From assembly GCA_017601345.1 (NCBI GenBank), contig JAFNIT010000006.1, positions 1 to 58,915 on the forward strand: 58,915 nucleotides of DNA. The letters run 5' to 3'. Each line of letters begins with the position of its first letter. Position 1 is the stretch's first letter. This document shows, in pieces, positions 40,926 through 50,731 of the stretch. The translations under genes and the position numbers were made by a program. A model generated the notes under the pieces. It saw nothing but the letters and a program-made list of their open reading frames with translations. It was not told where the DNA came from and searched no databases. The DNA comes from Candidatus Brockarchaeota archaeon (GTDB lineage: Archaea; Thermoproteota; EX4484-205; JAAOZP01).

Positions 40926-41160
40926 GATGTAAATGAGTGCACGTACTGGTAATACGTCATTCTTATATAGTGAAACGATGAATTCCCGCCTAAATGAGTT
41001 CTCCCTCTGATTCGGAGATTAGAGAACGATTAAAATCCATTATCCATGAAATTATTTTGATATTAAAAAAATAGCTGAGCCTTGGGCAATAGCGCTATCG
41101 AACTGTCAATTTTGATTTTCTAACACATGTCCTTTTCACGATATTTTACTTTGTCAAAAA

Positions 41161-41847
41161 ATGAATAAAAGTGCGTTATGCGAAAAACATATATTTAACG
41201 ATTCTAAAAATAATACCGGCTTGGGTAAGAAAAAAGACATAGTGGACAAGCTCGACTTAGAAATACTCCACATTCTTTCCCGGGATCCTAGGCTTAGCTG
41301 TCGGGAAATAGCTAAGCAGCTTGAAGTATCCGACAGGACTGTGGCTCGTAGGGTATCCAGAATGGAGAAGGAAGGCATTATACTCGGATACCAGCTTGTT
41401 TTGAACGATTATGCTAAAAGCCTTGTTTTCGACACTAGTGATCTAAGCGAGATAAGGTTCACAGTAGCAGAATGGTCTAATTTCGAAGAGGCTCTTCGCC
41501 AAATGTATTCTACTGCAGCCGATGTCATATTTTTCTACGCTGGAAAGGGGATTGGCAAGTCGATAATAAGAAGTATGGGTAAAAGCAAGCTTAGTATAGA
41601 AGATGCTTTATCCTTCTCTTCTAAAGTGTGCAATATGAGAGGGTGGGGGAATGTTCGCTTCGATAAGTTGAAAGATAATTCAGTAAAGGCTGATCTCAGA
41701 GGTCTGAGAATAAACCCTTCTTTCTTCCGGGGAATAATTGCAGGGATGCTTGAGAACATGACTGGAAAGGAACCTGAATCATTGTTATTCACGGAGGATG
41801 GTTCACTCATAATAAGGCCCTTGGAGGGTTTGAGCCTTGAAGGATAG
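41161..41847 (+). CDS. Lrp/AsnC-type HTH fused to a V4R-like domain (start may be TTG at 41221)
   Basis: DKLDLEILHILSRDPRLSCREIAKQLEVSDRTVARRVSRMEKEGII; FFYAGKGIG, RGWG, FFRGIIAGML. Confidence 0.8.
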   Translation: MNKSALCEKHIFNDSKNNTGLGKKKDIVDKLDLEILHILSRDPRLSCREIAKQLEVSDRTVARRVSRMEKEGIILGYQLVLNDYAKSLVFDTSDLSEIRFTVAEWSNFEEALRQMYSTAADVIFFYAGKGIGKSIIRSMGKSKLSIEDALSFSSKVCNMRGWGNVRFDKLKDNSVKADLRGLRINPSFFRGIIAGMLENMTGKEPESLLFTEDGSLIIRPLEGLSLEG

Positions 41848-42526
41848 AGTGCCCTTTGGCATAGCGGAGCTCGACAACCTTATCCAGGGAGGATTACCCA
41901 AGGGGGGGCTTATTGTAATCGCGGGCAGTCCGGGAGCTGGTAAAACAATACTTTCAGCCCAGTTCGTTTACAACGGTGCCATGTTATATAAGGAGAAGGG
42001 TGTGTACGTTTGTTTGAGCGAGAGCAAGGAACATTTTAAGAGCAATATGCTCGGTCTAGGATGGGACTTTAATAAGCTTGAGGAAAGAGGCATGGTGAGA
42101 ATAGTAGAACTGCCTACAGTGGCAAAAATAAGGGTTGAGGATATGACTGATCTTATAGTAGAGGAAGCTAAGAAGTTTAAGGCACAGAGACTCGTAGTCG
42201 ACTCGCTTTCAGCTCTAAACTTAGCATTAGGCAGTAGGGCTGAAGTCAGGGCGGTGATAAACCTGATTGCCAGAATGTTGAAGCACGTGGAGTGCACAAC
42301 GCTAATGATCACGGAGAGTCCATGGGGGACCACGGGAATAGGTATGGGTATTGAAGAATTCATAGCTGACGGCATAATACTCATGGAATCGGTTGTTGTG
42401 GGAAACAGGCTTGAGAGAAGATTGATGATACTTAAGATGAGAGCCACGAGTCACGATACCAGATACTATAGGCTGAACATAACTAAGGATTCAGGCATAA
42501 TTCTAAGCACGTACCCGGAGATGTAA
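41837..42526 (+). CDS. Single-domain KaiC-like (RAD55-type) ATPase
   Basis: GIAELD, GSPGAGKT, VVDSL, EFIADGII, LKMRAT. Confidence 0.92.
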   Translation: MKDRVPFGIAELDNLIQGGLPKGGLIVIAGSPGAGKTILSAQFVYNGAMLYKEKGVYVCLSESKEHFKSNMLGLGWDFNKLEERGMVRIVELPTVAKIRVEDMTDLIVEEAKKFKAQRLVVDSLSALNLALGSRAEVRAVINLIARMLKHVECTTLMITESPWGTTGIGMGIEEFIADGIILMESVVVGNRLERRLMILKMRATSHDTRYYRLNITKDSGIILSTYPEM

Positions 42527-42535
42527 TCGGGCGGG

Positions 42536-44170
42536 ATGTTTTTCATGATCGACGAGGGCAAAGAACTATGGGATAAATACTGCGGCTTCCTCTACCAGGA
42601 TTTCCAGAGACAGATCGAGTACAATCGTGAAAAGACAGAAGCCTATTTTAAGAAGATCAAGAACACAAGGCTTCTTGAAGCCTTAGGGGCTAGGGATGCT
42701 GAGGACATAAGAGAAATACCTGTTACAACATACGATGATTATCTCTTCCTAAGGGTTTTTGAGGAGAGGATTAGTAGATTGGAAGCAACGACTCCTAAAA
42801 ATAGAGGTGAAACCCTAGCCGACTACTATATGCGTATTGGAAGGGTTGCTGCCGAACCTATTACAGAATATTTGCCCGGGGAATTCCAATCCTGCGTCAA
42901 GACGAGTGGAACAACTGCTCAAAGCAAATGGGTATTGTGGACAAGGCTCTTCCGTGAAGCATACTCTGAGATTGGAATATCTCCAATGGTCATGGCCTGT
43001 AGTGAACGCACCGGGGATACTCGTCTCCGTCTAGGGGATAGTCTATTGAACATGGGCGCGCCTCCGCCCTATTTTTCAGGATGGAGTCTACATTTTTTAT
43101 GCGAGCTTTTTCAATTTAAAGTATATCCTCCACCCGAAGTTATTGATAAGACTTCTGATATTAGGCGGAGAATTTGGATGGTATTAGAGAAAATAGATCG
43201 GATGAAAGAAAAAATAGCATTAATAGGGACAACCGCACCACTACTATTCCTGCTTGTAAAATATGTAATGGATAGAAGGTCTTTCTATAGAGAATATTAT
43301 GAGACGTTGGATATGGGGGCAACAAAGATATACATGTTTTTAAAATCTATTCACGCCGAATTGTTTTGGGAGCCGAAAGATATTAGAGATGTTTTTCCGG
43401 TAAAAGGCTTAATAAGCGCAGGTTTCGATTCGAAGATGTACATAGAGCTTTTCAAACGCACTTGGGGAATTGAACCGTTAAACCTCTACGGGGCCAGTGA
43501 AATCGGCTTCCCTATGTATGGCACGGTTGAAGATAGGTATAATATGGTCCCGGATTTGAGAACAGGATTCTTCGAATTCATGGATGTTAAGAGTGGTGAA
43601 GTGTTTGAAATAGATGAGTTAAAGAAGGGAAACAGTTATAGTCTGATAATAACCCCTTTCGGAGGATGTGTCATTAGATACAGGATTGGCGACATCTTCA
43701 GGGTCGAGCATTTAAGGGATGATGGAGCGCCCGTGTTCGCATTTGAAGGAAGAGAAGGATATTCGTTTGACATTTACGGCTATTTCAGGATCGATGAGAG
43801 GCTGGCTACTAGGGTTATGATTAAATCTGGGTTGACTTCTTCCGAAGACTGGTGTTTCGCCAAAATAATGGAGCCCAATGAAAAAGTATGCGTACTTATG
43901 GAGAAGGAGCGCGATTATAGTGAAGAAGCTGCTGCTGGAATGATATTTAAAGCACTGCTAGATGAGAGCGAGGACTTTAGGAACTTTATAAGGGATTTTA
44001 AAATAAGGAATCCCACAGAAGTGATCAAAGTTGAATACTTGGAAAGAGGTGCATTCAAAAGGTATTCTCATTCGAGGTTGAAAATGGGGCTTCCCTATGG
44101 TCAAGTCAAACCCCTTAAAGTCATTCCGACTCAAAAAATGGAGATTTTTGAAACATTAAGGGGAATGTAG
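42536..44170 (+). CDS. GH3 auxin-responsive family acyl-acid amido synthetase (ANL adenylate-forming superfamily; not a glycosidase)
   Basis: IPVTTYDDY, KTSGTTAQSK (motif I), YGASE (motif II), RYRIGD (motif III), GQVKP. Confidence 0.85.
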   Translation: MFFMIDEGKELWDKYCGFLYQDFQRQIEYNREKTEAYFKKIKNTRLLEALGARDAEDIREIPVTTYDDYLFLRVFEERISRLEATTPKNRGETLADYYMRIGRVAAEPITEYLPGEFQSCVKTSGTTAQSKWVLWTRLFREAYSEIGISPMVMACSERTGDTRLRLGDSLLNMGAPPPYFSGWSLHFLCELFQFKVYPPPEVIDKTSDIRRRIWMVLEKIDRMKEKIALIGTTAPLLFLLVKYVMDRRSFYREYYETLDMGATKIYMFLKSIHAELFWEPKDIRDVFPVKGLISAGFDSKMYIELFKRTWGIEPLNLYGASEIGFPMYGTVEDRYNMVPDLRTGFFEFMDVKSGEVFEIDELKKGNSYSLIITPFGGCVIRYRIGDIFRVEHLRDDGAPVFAFEGREGYSFDIYGYFRIDERLATRVMIKSGLTSSEDWCFAKIMEPNEKVCVLMEKERDYSEEAAAGMIFKALLDESEDFRNFIRDFKIRNPTEVIKVEYLERGAFKRYSHSRLKMGLPYGQVKPLKVIPTQKMEIFETLRGM

Positions 44171-44172
44171 AT

Positions 44173-46272
44173 ATGAACCTCCTCCCTTTCCATCCTTGGC
44201 TTCTTTTCTACCCTGCTGCAGCCATATCCTCATTAATAATTGCGCTTCAAATTTTAAAGGGTAGGCCTAAAACATTAAGCTCAAAAAACTTTCTATTATT
44301 CGCCTTATCAATATCGCTATGGGAAACCTTCGCTTTTCTTCACAGGATTGCTCCCAATGAAGATACCTCATGGCTCTTTCTACAATTTGCAATCATATTC
44401 TACAGTCTAAACCCTCTCCTCCTTCTAATGACTGTTATTTTCCTTTGGAGAGAGAATCCCAAGTTCTACTTGCTAACAATACCTGCAATTCCTTTGTACA
44501 TACTCCATCTGATGTACGTTAAGGTTAATATCGTGCCATCGAGTTATGGTTGGTCTTACAATTTTGAAATAAATACTTTCACAATAATTGAGTATTTAAT
44601 TTACCTGCTCTGCTTGCTTGAAGTATGTTTTTTCATCGCTTTTTTGATTAAACGGGTTAAAAGCAGTATTATACGTAGGAAGTATTTCATAATTCTAGTA
44701 TATTTTATCGTATTTTACGTCATCGGAGTTTTCGGCTTTAACATACTCCTAGTTGAGAATCCAGAAATGCCTCCGCCTGGAGGAATAAATACATACTTGT
44801 TCTTTCTAGGTGTTAGCTATGCCTTCTCGATAAGAGAGAAAACAATTAAACCTGAAATAGGGGAGATTAAAGACCTCTTGCTTAAGCAATACATGTCCTT
44901 CATTAACAAGTTTATAGAAGTTGTTCCGGGGAAAGAGCTTGGGCAAAGCCTCATTGAGCTTGAAAGATACTTAGTGAGAGTCAAGCTGAGACACGCATTA
45001 GAACAAGATTCAGAGGGCAGGTTAATATTAAAGCCAGATGCTCTGGATAAGGCAGACTTAATCACAATAATGGAAGAAACCATACGTTATCTTGAAGACA
45101 AGCCTTGGGTCATAGAGCTTTCCGACAGCCTCTTAAAACTATTGAACGTATCTTATATGAAAGTTGATGATAAAAATGGCTTCAAGAGAATGCTTATTCG
45201 ATGTCAGGATTTTCTGAAGAAAACGGATATTGCCTACGGCCTGATCGGAGGGGAATTTATTCCAGAAATAGGGCGTGACGATTCCCTTAGAGAGCTTCCA
45301 GACTGGCAAGCCTGCCTCAGGCTATGTCGCAGGCTTATTTCAGCAATCCTTCAAGATTTCTACAATAACGTTGGAAATACCGTGGAGAGTAAAATGGTCT
45401 CGTTCAGCCTCTTGAACCATTTAAGAGTTTCCAGCTTAGGCGAAGTTGAAATTAAAACCCTTGAAGAAAAAGTTAAATCAATGCCTCAAAACGAAAGGAT
45501 CCCGGCCTTACTGGATAATTTTATACCGTTTATAGCATGGATGGTTGAAGAGCTTTATAAAAAACTGGGTGAGAATATTGACAGTATCATAAAACGTTTG
45601 AGGCTCGTGTTAAGGCTTAACATGGATGTTGCTGTAAGAACCATGGTTTACAATAATCTTGTAGAATCATTGTCGAGAAGGATTCCATCGACCTACATAA
45701 GCGTGCTAAGGCTTGCTGAAGGCTTTACGGAAAGGGACTTAAACAGGTTTTCCTCAAGAATCAACTTAGACCATGAGAAGCTGGTAGGGAAGGGGATACT
45801 TCTCGAATTTGAGCCTGGAAGCACATACTTAGAGTATGTAAGTGATTACGTTATTGAGGCACTAGCCCACGATGATGCTAGTATAATCATTACGAGGAAG
45901 GGCAGCCAGTTGCAAGATAGCCTTCAATACCGTAGAAACGTTAAATTTATTCATCCTTCATTAATGACTTTACATACTACAACTGTTTCCGAATCGGAGG
46001 TTTACGTACCTCTACAGGATGTCATTCAAATATTAGAATCGCTTGGCAAGAGCATTAAACTCTCCTCCTCACCTGTATTCGTGGTTTTTGACAGTATAAC
46101 CGATTTCCTAACTCAACACGGTTTCGAAAAAACGTATAGGCTTATTAGAAGCATGCTTGAGTTAAACCCATTAAAAGTCTCGTTAATGGTAACTTTAAAC
46201 ATTAAGGCTTGGGGAGAGAATGTCAAGTCTGCATTAGAAGAGCTTCTGAACATTACTATCCGTGTTGACTAA
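44173..46272 (+). CDS. 7TM (HisKA_7TM-like) sensor with C-terminal DUF835/inactive KaiC-like domain
   Basis: Seven hydrophobic helices in about residues 8-220; C-terminal IIITR, VVFDSITD, GFEKTYRLI, VTLNIKAW; no Walker A and no histidine-kinase boxes. Confidence 0.7.
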   Translation: MNLLPFHPWLLFYPAAAISSLIIALQILKGRPKTLSSKNFLLFALSISLWETFAFLHRIAPNEDTSWLFLQFAIIFYSLNPLLLLMTVIFLWRENPKFYLLTIPAIPLYILHLMYVKVNIVPSSYGWSYNFEINTFTIIEYLIYLLCLLEVCFFIAFLIKRVKSSIIRRKYFIILVYFIVFYVIGVFGFNILLVENPEMPPPGGINTYLFFLGVSYAFSIREKTIKPEIGEIKDLLLKQYMSFINKFIEVVPGKELGQSLIELERYLVRVKLRHALEQDSEGRLILKPDALDKADLITIMEETIRYLEDKPWVIELSDSLLKLLNVSYMKVDDKNGFKRMLIRCQDFLKKTDIAYGLIGGEFIPEIGRDDSLRELPDWQACLRLCRRLISAILQDFYNNVGNTVESKMVSFSLLNHLRVSSLGEVEIKTLEEKVKSMPQNERIPALLDNFIPFIAWMVEELYKKLGENIDSIIKRLRLVLRLNMDVAVRTMVYNNLVESLSRRIPSTYISVLRLAEGFTERDLNRFSSRINLDHEKLVGKGILLEFEPGSTYLEYVSDYVIEALAHDDASIIITRKGSQLQDSLQYRRNVKFIHPSLMTLHTTTVSESEVYVPLQDVIQILESLGKSIKLSSSPVFVVFDSITDFLTQHGFEKTYRLIRSMLELNPLKVSLMVTLNIKAWGENVKSALEELLNITIRVD

Positions 46273-46703
46273 TTTTTTACATTTTTACTTTGTACTATGT
46301 GTATTACTCTAATTCCTCTTCTAGTTAAATAATGTGCGATAAACCTCCTGTGACAATACTTAGGATCGGTTTCAAGACACATTATGCATGTCCTATCCTT
46401 CCCAGCGATTTCCAGAAGCTTATTAACTCCCTCTTTAAACCTCGTTGTTTCCATATACTTCTCATAGCCTTCGCGACGGTAACCCCCCAGCTCTTCCCCA
46501 AGCCAGAAATAGACAATCCCGTTTTCAAGAAGCCATTTCTCTATATTTTCCATGGTGAAGTGTTCTGACTTAGACTTTGGAAACCTTCGGATATCTACCA
46601 AAATCCTGATTCGTTGTCTCCTCAGTAATCTTAGAAACTCTTCTTTAGAGAGACTTCCATAGCCTATTGTCCAAATTATTAGTCTACCCTTACGCTCGGC
46701 CAA
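46269..46703 (-). CDS. DUF488 family protein
   Basis: WTIGYG, LVDIRRFPKS, ELGG, MCLE..P..CHR. Confidence 0.88.
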   Translation of the reverse strand: MAERKGRLIIWTIGYGSLSKEEFLRLLRRQRIRILVDIRRFPKSKSEHFTMENIEKWLLENGIVYFWLGEELGGYRREGYEKYMETTRFKEGVNKLLEIAGKDRTCIMCLETDPKYCHRRFIAHYLTRRGIRVIHIVQSKNVKN

Positions 46704-46896
46704 TCGAATAATATCCGATTAAGTGGCTTATATGAATTACCTAATTTTTAATGCTTCCTAACTATTATTCTCGTCTTTTGATCAAATTGGTTCGTACTCG
46801 AAGTAATTGACGGTTGGTTCTGAAGCCGAATGGAACAATTATTCGAGAATAAGTAAGATTTATATATGTCTAATATGGTATTATCTAAGCTTGAAA

Positions 46897-47718
46897 ATGG
46901 CCTCTAGGAAAGACCAAGATCCTACTGAAATTTATCATCCTAAGGAAATAATGTGCTCCGAGTATGTTTCTGGAGGCGGGCTTGTCGAGTTTTTCATAAG
47001 GCTTCGTAAAGGGGCTGAATCAGAATTTTTTGACATTCTAAAAATCTTGAAGAAGAATAATGCTATAGGGTTATCCGGTTTCTACGATACCGACTTAGAG
47101 AAGGACGAGATTTACATAGGTTTTTTCATGGACATATCGAATATGAAAGACACGACTCTTGAGAAGATAGTTGAAGAGTTTAGGAAGATAAAGGGCGTTC
47201 TGGAGGTAAGGTTTTCACAAAGAGTATTCAAAGACCTGATTATTGACGAGCTCTTCTTCCCTTTGATGGTGGGCGGTGAAAGGAGCTTCACCCTCAGGGT
47301 TGAGAGCTTCGGAGCAATACTGAAGAGGCTCTACGAGAAATTCGGAACAGGCGCAGCAGTAATACTATACGAAATGGGCATATCCCTCGGAGAAAGCAAG
47401 GTTGAAAGCATTATTAAAAAATACAAGGTGGATAAGCAAACGGCTTTGAAAATAATATTGGCTGAGCGTGCAGCTAAGGGATGGTGTATTGCAGAGGCTG
47501 AAGAGGTAAACAGTAAGAGGGCAGTAATAATTGCCCGCGAACTTTTCGAATGTCTCCCCTTTAAGGGTAAGCAAGAGAGGCCTATAAGTCAACTTTTCAG
47601 AGGATATTTAACAGGGGTCTTCCAAAAGCTGTATGGTAAAGGGTTTACAGTATCTGAGGTTAATTGCATCGCCAAGGGTGATGATGTCTGCAGGTTCCTT
47701 GTAGAAGCTGCCAAGTAG
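46897..47718 (+). CDS. ACT-like + V4R domain protein
   Basis: LYEMG, KGW, FEC, FRGYLTG, EVNCIAKGDDVCRF; ATG at 46897 preferred over 46807. Confidence 0.82.
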   Translation: MASRKDQDPTEIYHPKEIMCSEYVSGGGLVEFFIRLRKGAESEFFDILKILKKNNAIGLSGFYDTDLEKDEIYIGFFMDISNMKDTTLEKIVEEFRKIKGVLEVRFSQRVFKDLIIDELFFPLMVGGERSFTLRVESFGAILKRLYEKFGTGAAVILYEMGISLGESKVESIIKKYKVDKQTALKIILAERAAKGWCIAEAEEVNSKRAVIIARELFECLPFKGKQERPISQLFRGYLTGVFQKLYGKGFTVSEVNCIAKGDDVCRFLVEAAK

Positions 47719-47738
47719 TTTTTACATTAATCAGAAGA

Positions 47739-48390
47739 CTAGATAGAAAGTACCATTCTGAAACCTATTAGCAGGATGACAATGATTAAAGCCTTCTTCA
47801 ATACCTCTGGCCTGGTTCTCCTAGAGATCCTCGGGCCCAATTGGCCTCCAAGAACCGCCCCTAAAACAAGTGGTGTACCGTAATCCAACAATACGTTTCC
47901 AAGGCTGAGATGCGATAAGACTCCTGCAATTAGTTATAGTCATGCCGAAGACTGCTGTTGCAACAGCCACGTGTGCGGGGGACTCCTATGAGCATTATTA
48001 CAGTCGTATCTACTGCTCCGCCTCCTATTCCAAATGGGCCAGTAGCTAAACCGCTGAAGACGCTCGCAAGTTGTGAGAGAAGCAAGTGGGTGAAACCAAG
48101 CCATACCCGTAAACATTACCATATCTATCCATTAAGCGTCTCCTAAATAAAGGTCCATCGCCTCCCCTCTTAGCAGTATTCTTAGACTCCTTAATGTCGT
48201 TGCCGCTTCTCCAAAGCCTTAAAGCAGAAAATATTTGGAAGAAACCCATTAACATGGCTGTAAGAGCGGAGGGCAGTACAACCACCATGTATGCGCCAAT
48301 TACCACACCGAGCACGTTCGGAGTATCAAAAAGCAGAGCAAGCCTAATGTCAACCCTTCTCTGCCTAAGGTATCCGTAGGCTGCTGAAAA
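47739..48390 (-). pseudogene. TauE/SafE (TSUP) transporter pseudogene, 5'-truncated with two frameshifts
   Basis: SAAYGYLRQRRVD..., then GPFGIGGG...GVPAHVAVAT, then GAVLGGQLGPRISRR...LKK in different frames. Confidence 0.8.
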
Positions 48391-48609
48391 TATTCCACAA
48401 ATATTAAGAATATTAAGTTTTTAGTATTTAATATTTAAAAAGGGGTACTTCTTCTAGGTTTAAATTGGAATCGATTTATTAACTTGAATGCTTCCCAATA
48501 AGCTCCCATTAAACATGGGTTCCCATTCACGGCAATGCTTAAGAGGTTGTATTCAAACACTACGCCACTCATCTAAAGATTGGTTATTAAAATTCTGGAG
48601 GTGATGCTT

Positions 48610-49623
48610 ATGACCTCCAACCTAAGTCCTCCCGAATACATGACATGGCTACTTACCTCTAGGTGTAACCTTAGATGTGAACATTGCTACGTTTCTTCAC
48701 GTCCTTGGAATGGCGAGCTGGAAGGAAAAAGAATCATAAAAATCGTTGAAGAAGCATGTGAAATAGGTGTCGAAAACCTCCATCTAACTGGCGGTGAACC
48801 AATTTTACGAGAGGATATTTTCGAAATACTTAAAGCCGCAAGAAACGGTACAAACGTATCGCTTTTCACAAACCTGTTGTCAATGGACAGGGAAAAAGCC
48901 AGGAAGCTCGGATCCCTAGGGGTCCAGGTTTTTACAAGCATTGAAGGTGCTACAAAGGAGAGCCATGAAGCCATTCGCGGGGAAGGTACTTGGGACCTCT
49001 TAATGCGGCGTATAAGCATCCTTAGGGATGAAGGAGTTAGTTTCACACCAATATTTTCGGTATCACGCTTAAACTTTAAAGAAGCCGGGGAATTTATCCG
49101 TCTGACTGAGAATCTAGGAGCTTCATCAGCCCTGTTACTGCCAGTTATGCCATTCGGGAGGGCAAAAGACAGGGGTTTCGAAGCTGATTCTTACGCCTGC
49201 ATCAAAGCAATAAGTCTGGCGGAAGAGGCTGCTGAGGAGCTTGGCTTCAATATTACTTTGTGGTGTATGCCTTTCGCCGGTATATTAGTGAAATCCAAAT
49301 ACGTCTCATGGGACTCCTGCAAGTCTGAAAGGAATATGGATATTGGCCCGGGTGGAGAAGTCCTTATCTGCGATACTCTTGATGTTCCAGCCTCAAGTAT
49401 TAGGAATAAGAGCCTTAGGGAAGCTTGGTTTGAACTGAATTCAAATAGCCTTTTCACCGAAATCATGAATAACAATCCCTGTCCGGACTGTCCTATAAGA
49501 AATGTTTGCAGGGGAGGGTGCTATGCAAGGTCCTACAAGAAGTATGGCTCTTTCAACAACCCAGATCCCCTCTGCCCCAAGGTTTCACAGGAAATACGTG
49601 TCCTCCCAATACTTAGAGGGTAA
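48610..49623 (+). CDS. Radical SAM/SPASM-domain protein
   Basis: CNLRCEHC, TGGEP, CPDCPIRNVCRGGCYARS...DPLCP; GGAGGTGA SD before ATG 48610. Confidence 0.92.
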   Translation: MTSNLSPPEYMTWLLTSRCNLRCEHCYVSSRPWNGELEGKRIIKIVEEACEIGVENLHLTGGEPILREDIFEILKAARNGTNVSLFTNLLSMDREKARKLGSLGVQVFTSIEGATKESHEAIRGEGTWDLLMRRISILRDEGVSFTPIFSVSRLNFKEAGEFIRLTENLGASSALLLPVMPFGRAKDRGFEADSYACIKAISLAEEAAEELGFNITLWCMPFAGILVKSKYVSWDSCKSERNMDIGPGGEVLICDTLDVPASSIRNKSLREAWFELNSNSLFTEIMNNNPCPDCPIRNVCRGGCYARSYKKYGSFNNPDPLCPKVSQEIRVLPILRG

Positions 49624-49651
49624 GAGTGTCTCAAAATAAGACTATTGTTTG

Positions 49652-50200
49652 CTAACCCCACCACTTTTTCCTCAACGGCATTGCTATTATTTCTCTTATC
49701 TCAAGCCTCCTAGACTTATTGCTGCTGAATATTTCTCCGGTTGGAGTTGCTCTGGCTACTATCGCTGTGTCCGCACCTTCCCCACTTCCGCCAACGCCAA
49801 TAACATCCTCGTACCGTTTTACAAGATTTTTATCAGCAGCTATTAAAACCACTTCTACAGCCACCTTAAAGCCCTGTCCCAGCGTGTAGAAAGAGTCTCT
49901 AACTCTATCCATTCCCCTACCATGTAATGGTAGATGAGTATTGTCAACAGCTACTCCTCCTAACTTAATTATCCTCTCCTTGAATTCAGGATTCATCCTC
50001 TCATGGGAAACAACTACTAGTTCTGCTCTTCCCCTTAGAGCTTTAGCAAATTTAAACCCTGTTCTCCCGGAAGTGCTAGCAACAATTACTCTATTAACAT
50101 CATCTAATAGAATCCTTTTCACAACGGCTTTTACAACATCATCGGTATTCTCTGGACCTGGATTAGCAAAATACCTTATGATTCTCCCATGTCTAGACAT
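49652..50200 (-). CDS. Pyruvate-kinase C-terminal-like (MTH1675-type) protein
   Basis: YFANPGPENT, VASTSGRTG, GQGFKVAVE, GADTAIV, IREIIAMP. Confidence 0.85.
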   Translation of the reverse strand: MSRHGRIIRYFANPGPENTDDVVKAVVKRILLDDVNRVIVASTSGRTGFKFAKALRGRAELVVVSHERMNPEFKERIIKLGGVAVDNTHLPLHGRGMDRVRDSFYTLGQGFKVAVEVVLIAADKNLVKRYEDVIGVGGSGEGADTAIVARATPTGEIFSSNKSRRLEIREIIAMPLRKKWWG

Positions 50201-50259
50201 AAGATATTAAACCATCAGGGTGCTTAAAACTTTTTGAATAGGAGTCGCTATTCTAAACC

Positions 50260-50688
50260 TTGTGTAAAACGATGGAAAGTATAGAGGACATTGATGAAGT
50301 TCTTAGGGGAAAGACTTTACTATTATACTACTACATGCTGCGTAAGGGTAAGCCTCTTTCCATTAGACAAGTTCAAGCCGGTTTAAGATTTAAAAGCCCT
50401 TCTCAAACCTTTTACCATCTAAATAGGCTTCAATCAGCCGGATTGATCGAACTCCGGAAAGAAGGTTATGTGGTGAAAAGAATTTACTTAAAGCATTATG
50501 CGGTGATTTCCAAACTCATCTATCGCCGTTTTCTCTTCTACTTTGTTTTCTTTGCTACAGCCTTATTTACAGAACTTCTAATCCTGAAACCTGAGAGCTC
50601 TTTAAGCTATTTATTTTCGGCAATAATCATACTTCTGGGAATCACCTTTTTTCTCTATGAAACCGTTAAAATTCTTTTGATAAAATGA
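50260..50688 (+). CDS. Winged-HTH regulator with two C-terminal TM helices
   Basis: LRGKTLLLYYYML...IRQVQAGLRFKSPSQTFYHLNRL; paralog of 1507..2049. Confidence 0.8.
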   Translation: MCKTMESIEDIDEVLRGKTLLLYYYMLRKGKPLSIRQVQAGLRFKSPSQTFYHLNRLQSAGLIELRKEGYVVKRIYLKHYAVISKLIYRRFLFYFVFFATALFTELLILKPESSLSYLFSAIIILLGITFFLYETVKILLIK

Positions 50689-50731
50689 ATTAAGTTTAAA
50701 TATTTATAGAAAGAATTTTTCATTTTCAAGG

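Noticed and set aside
32564-42526. Circadian clock from the two KaiC-like genes
   Set aside because: Both are single-domain, and no KaiA or KaiB is present
42536-44170. Treating this 'GH3' as a glycoside hydrolase of the sugar locus
   Set aside because: Name coincidence only; motifs are those of adenylate-forming Gretchen Hagen 3 enzymes
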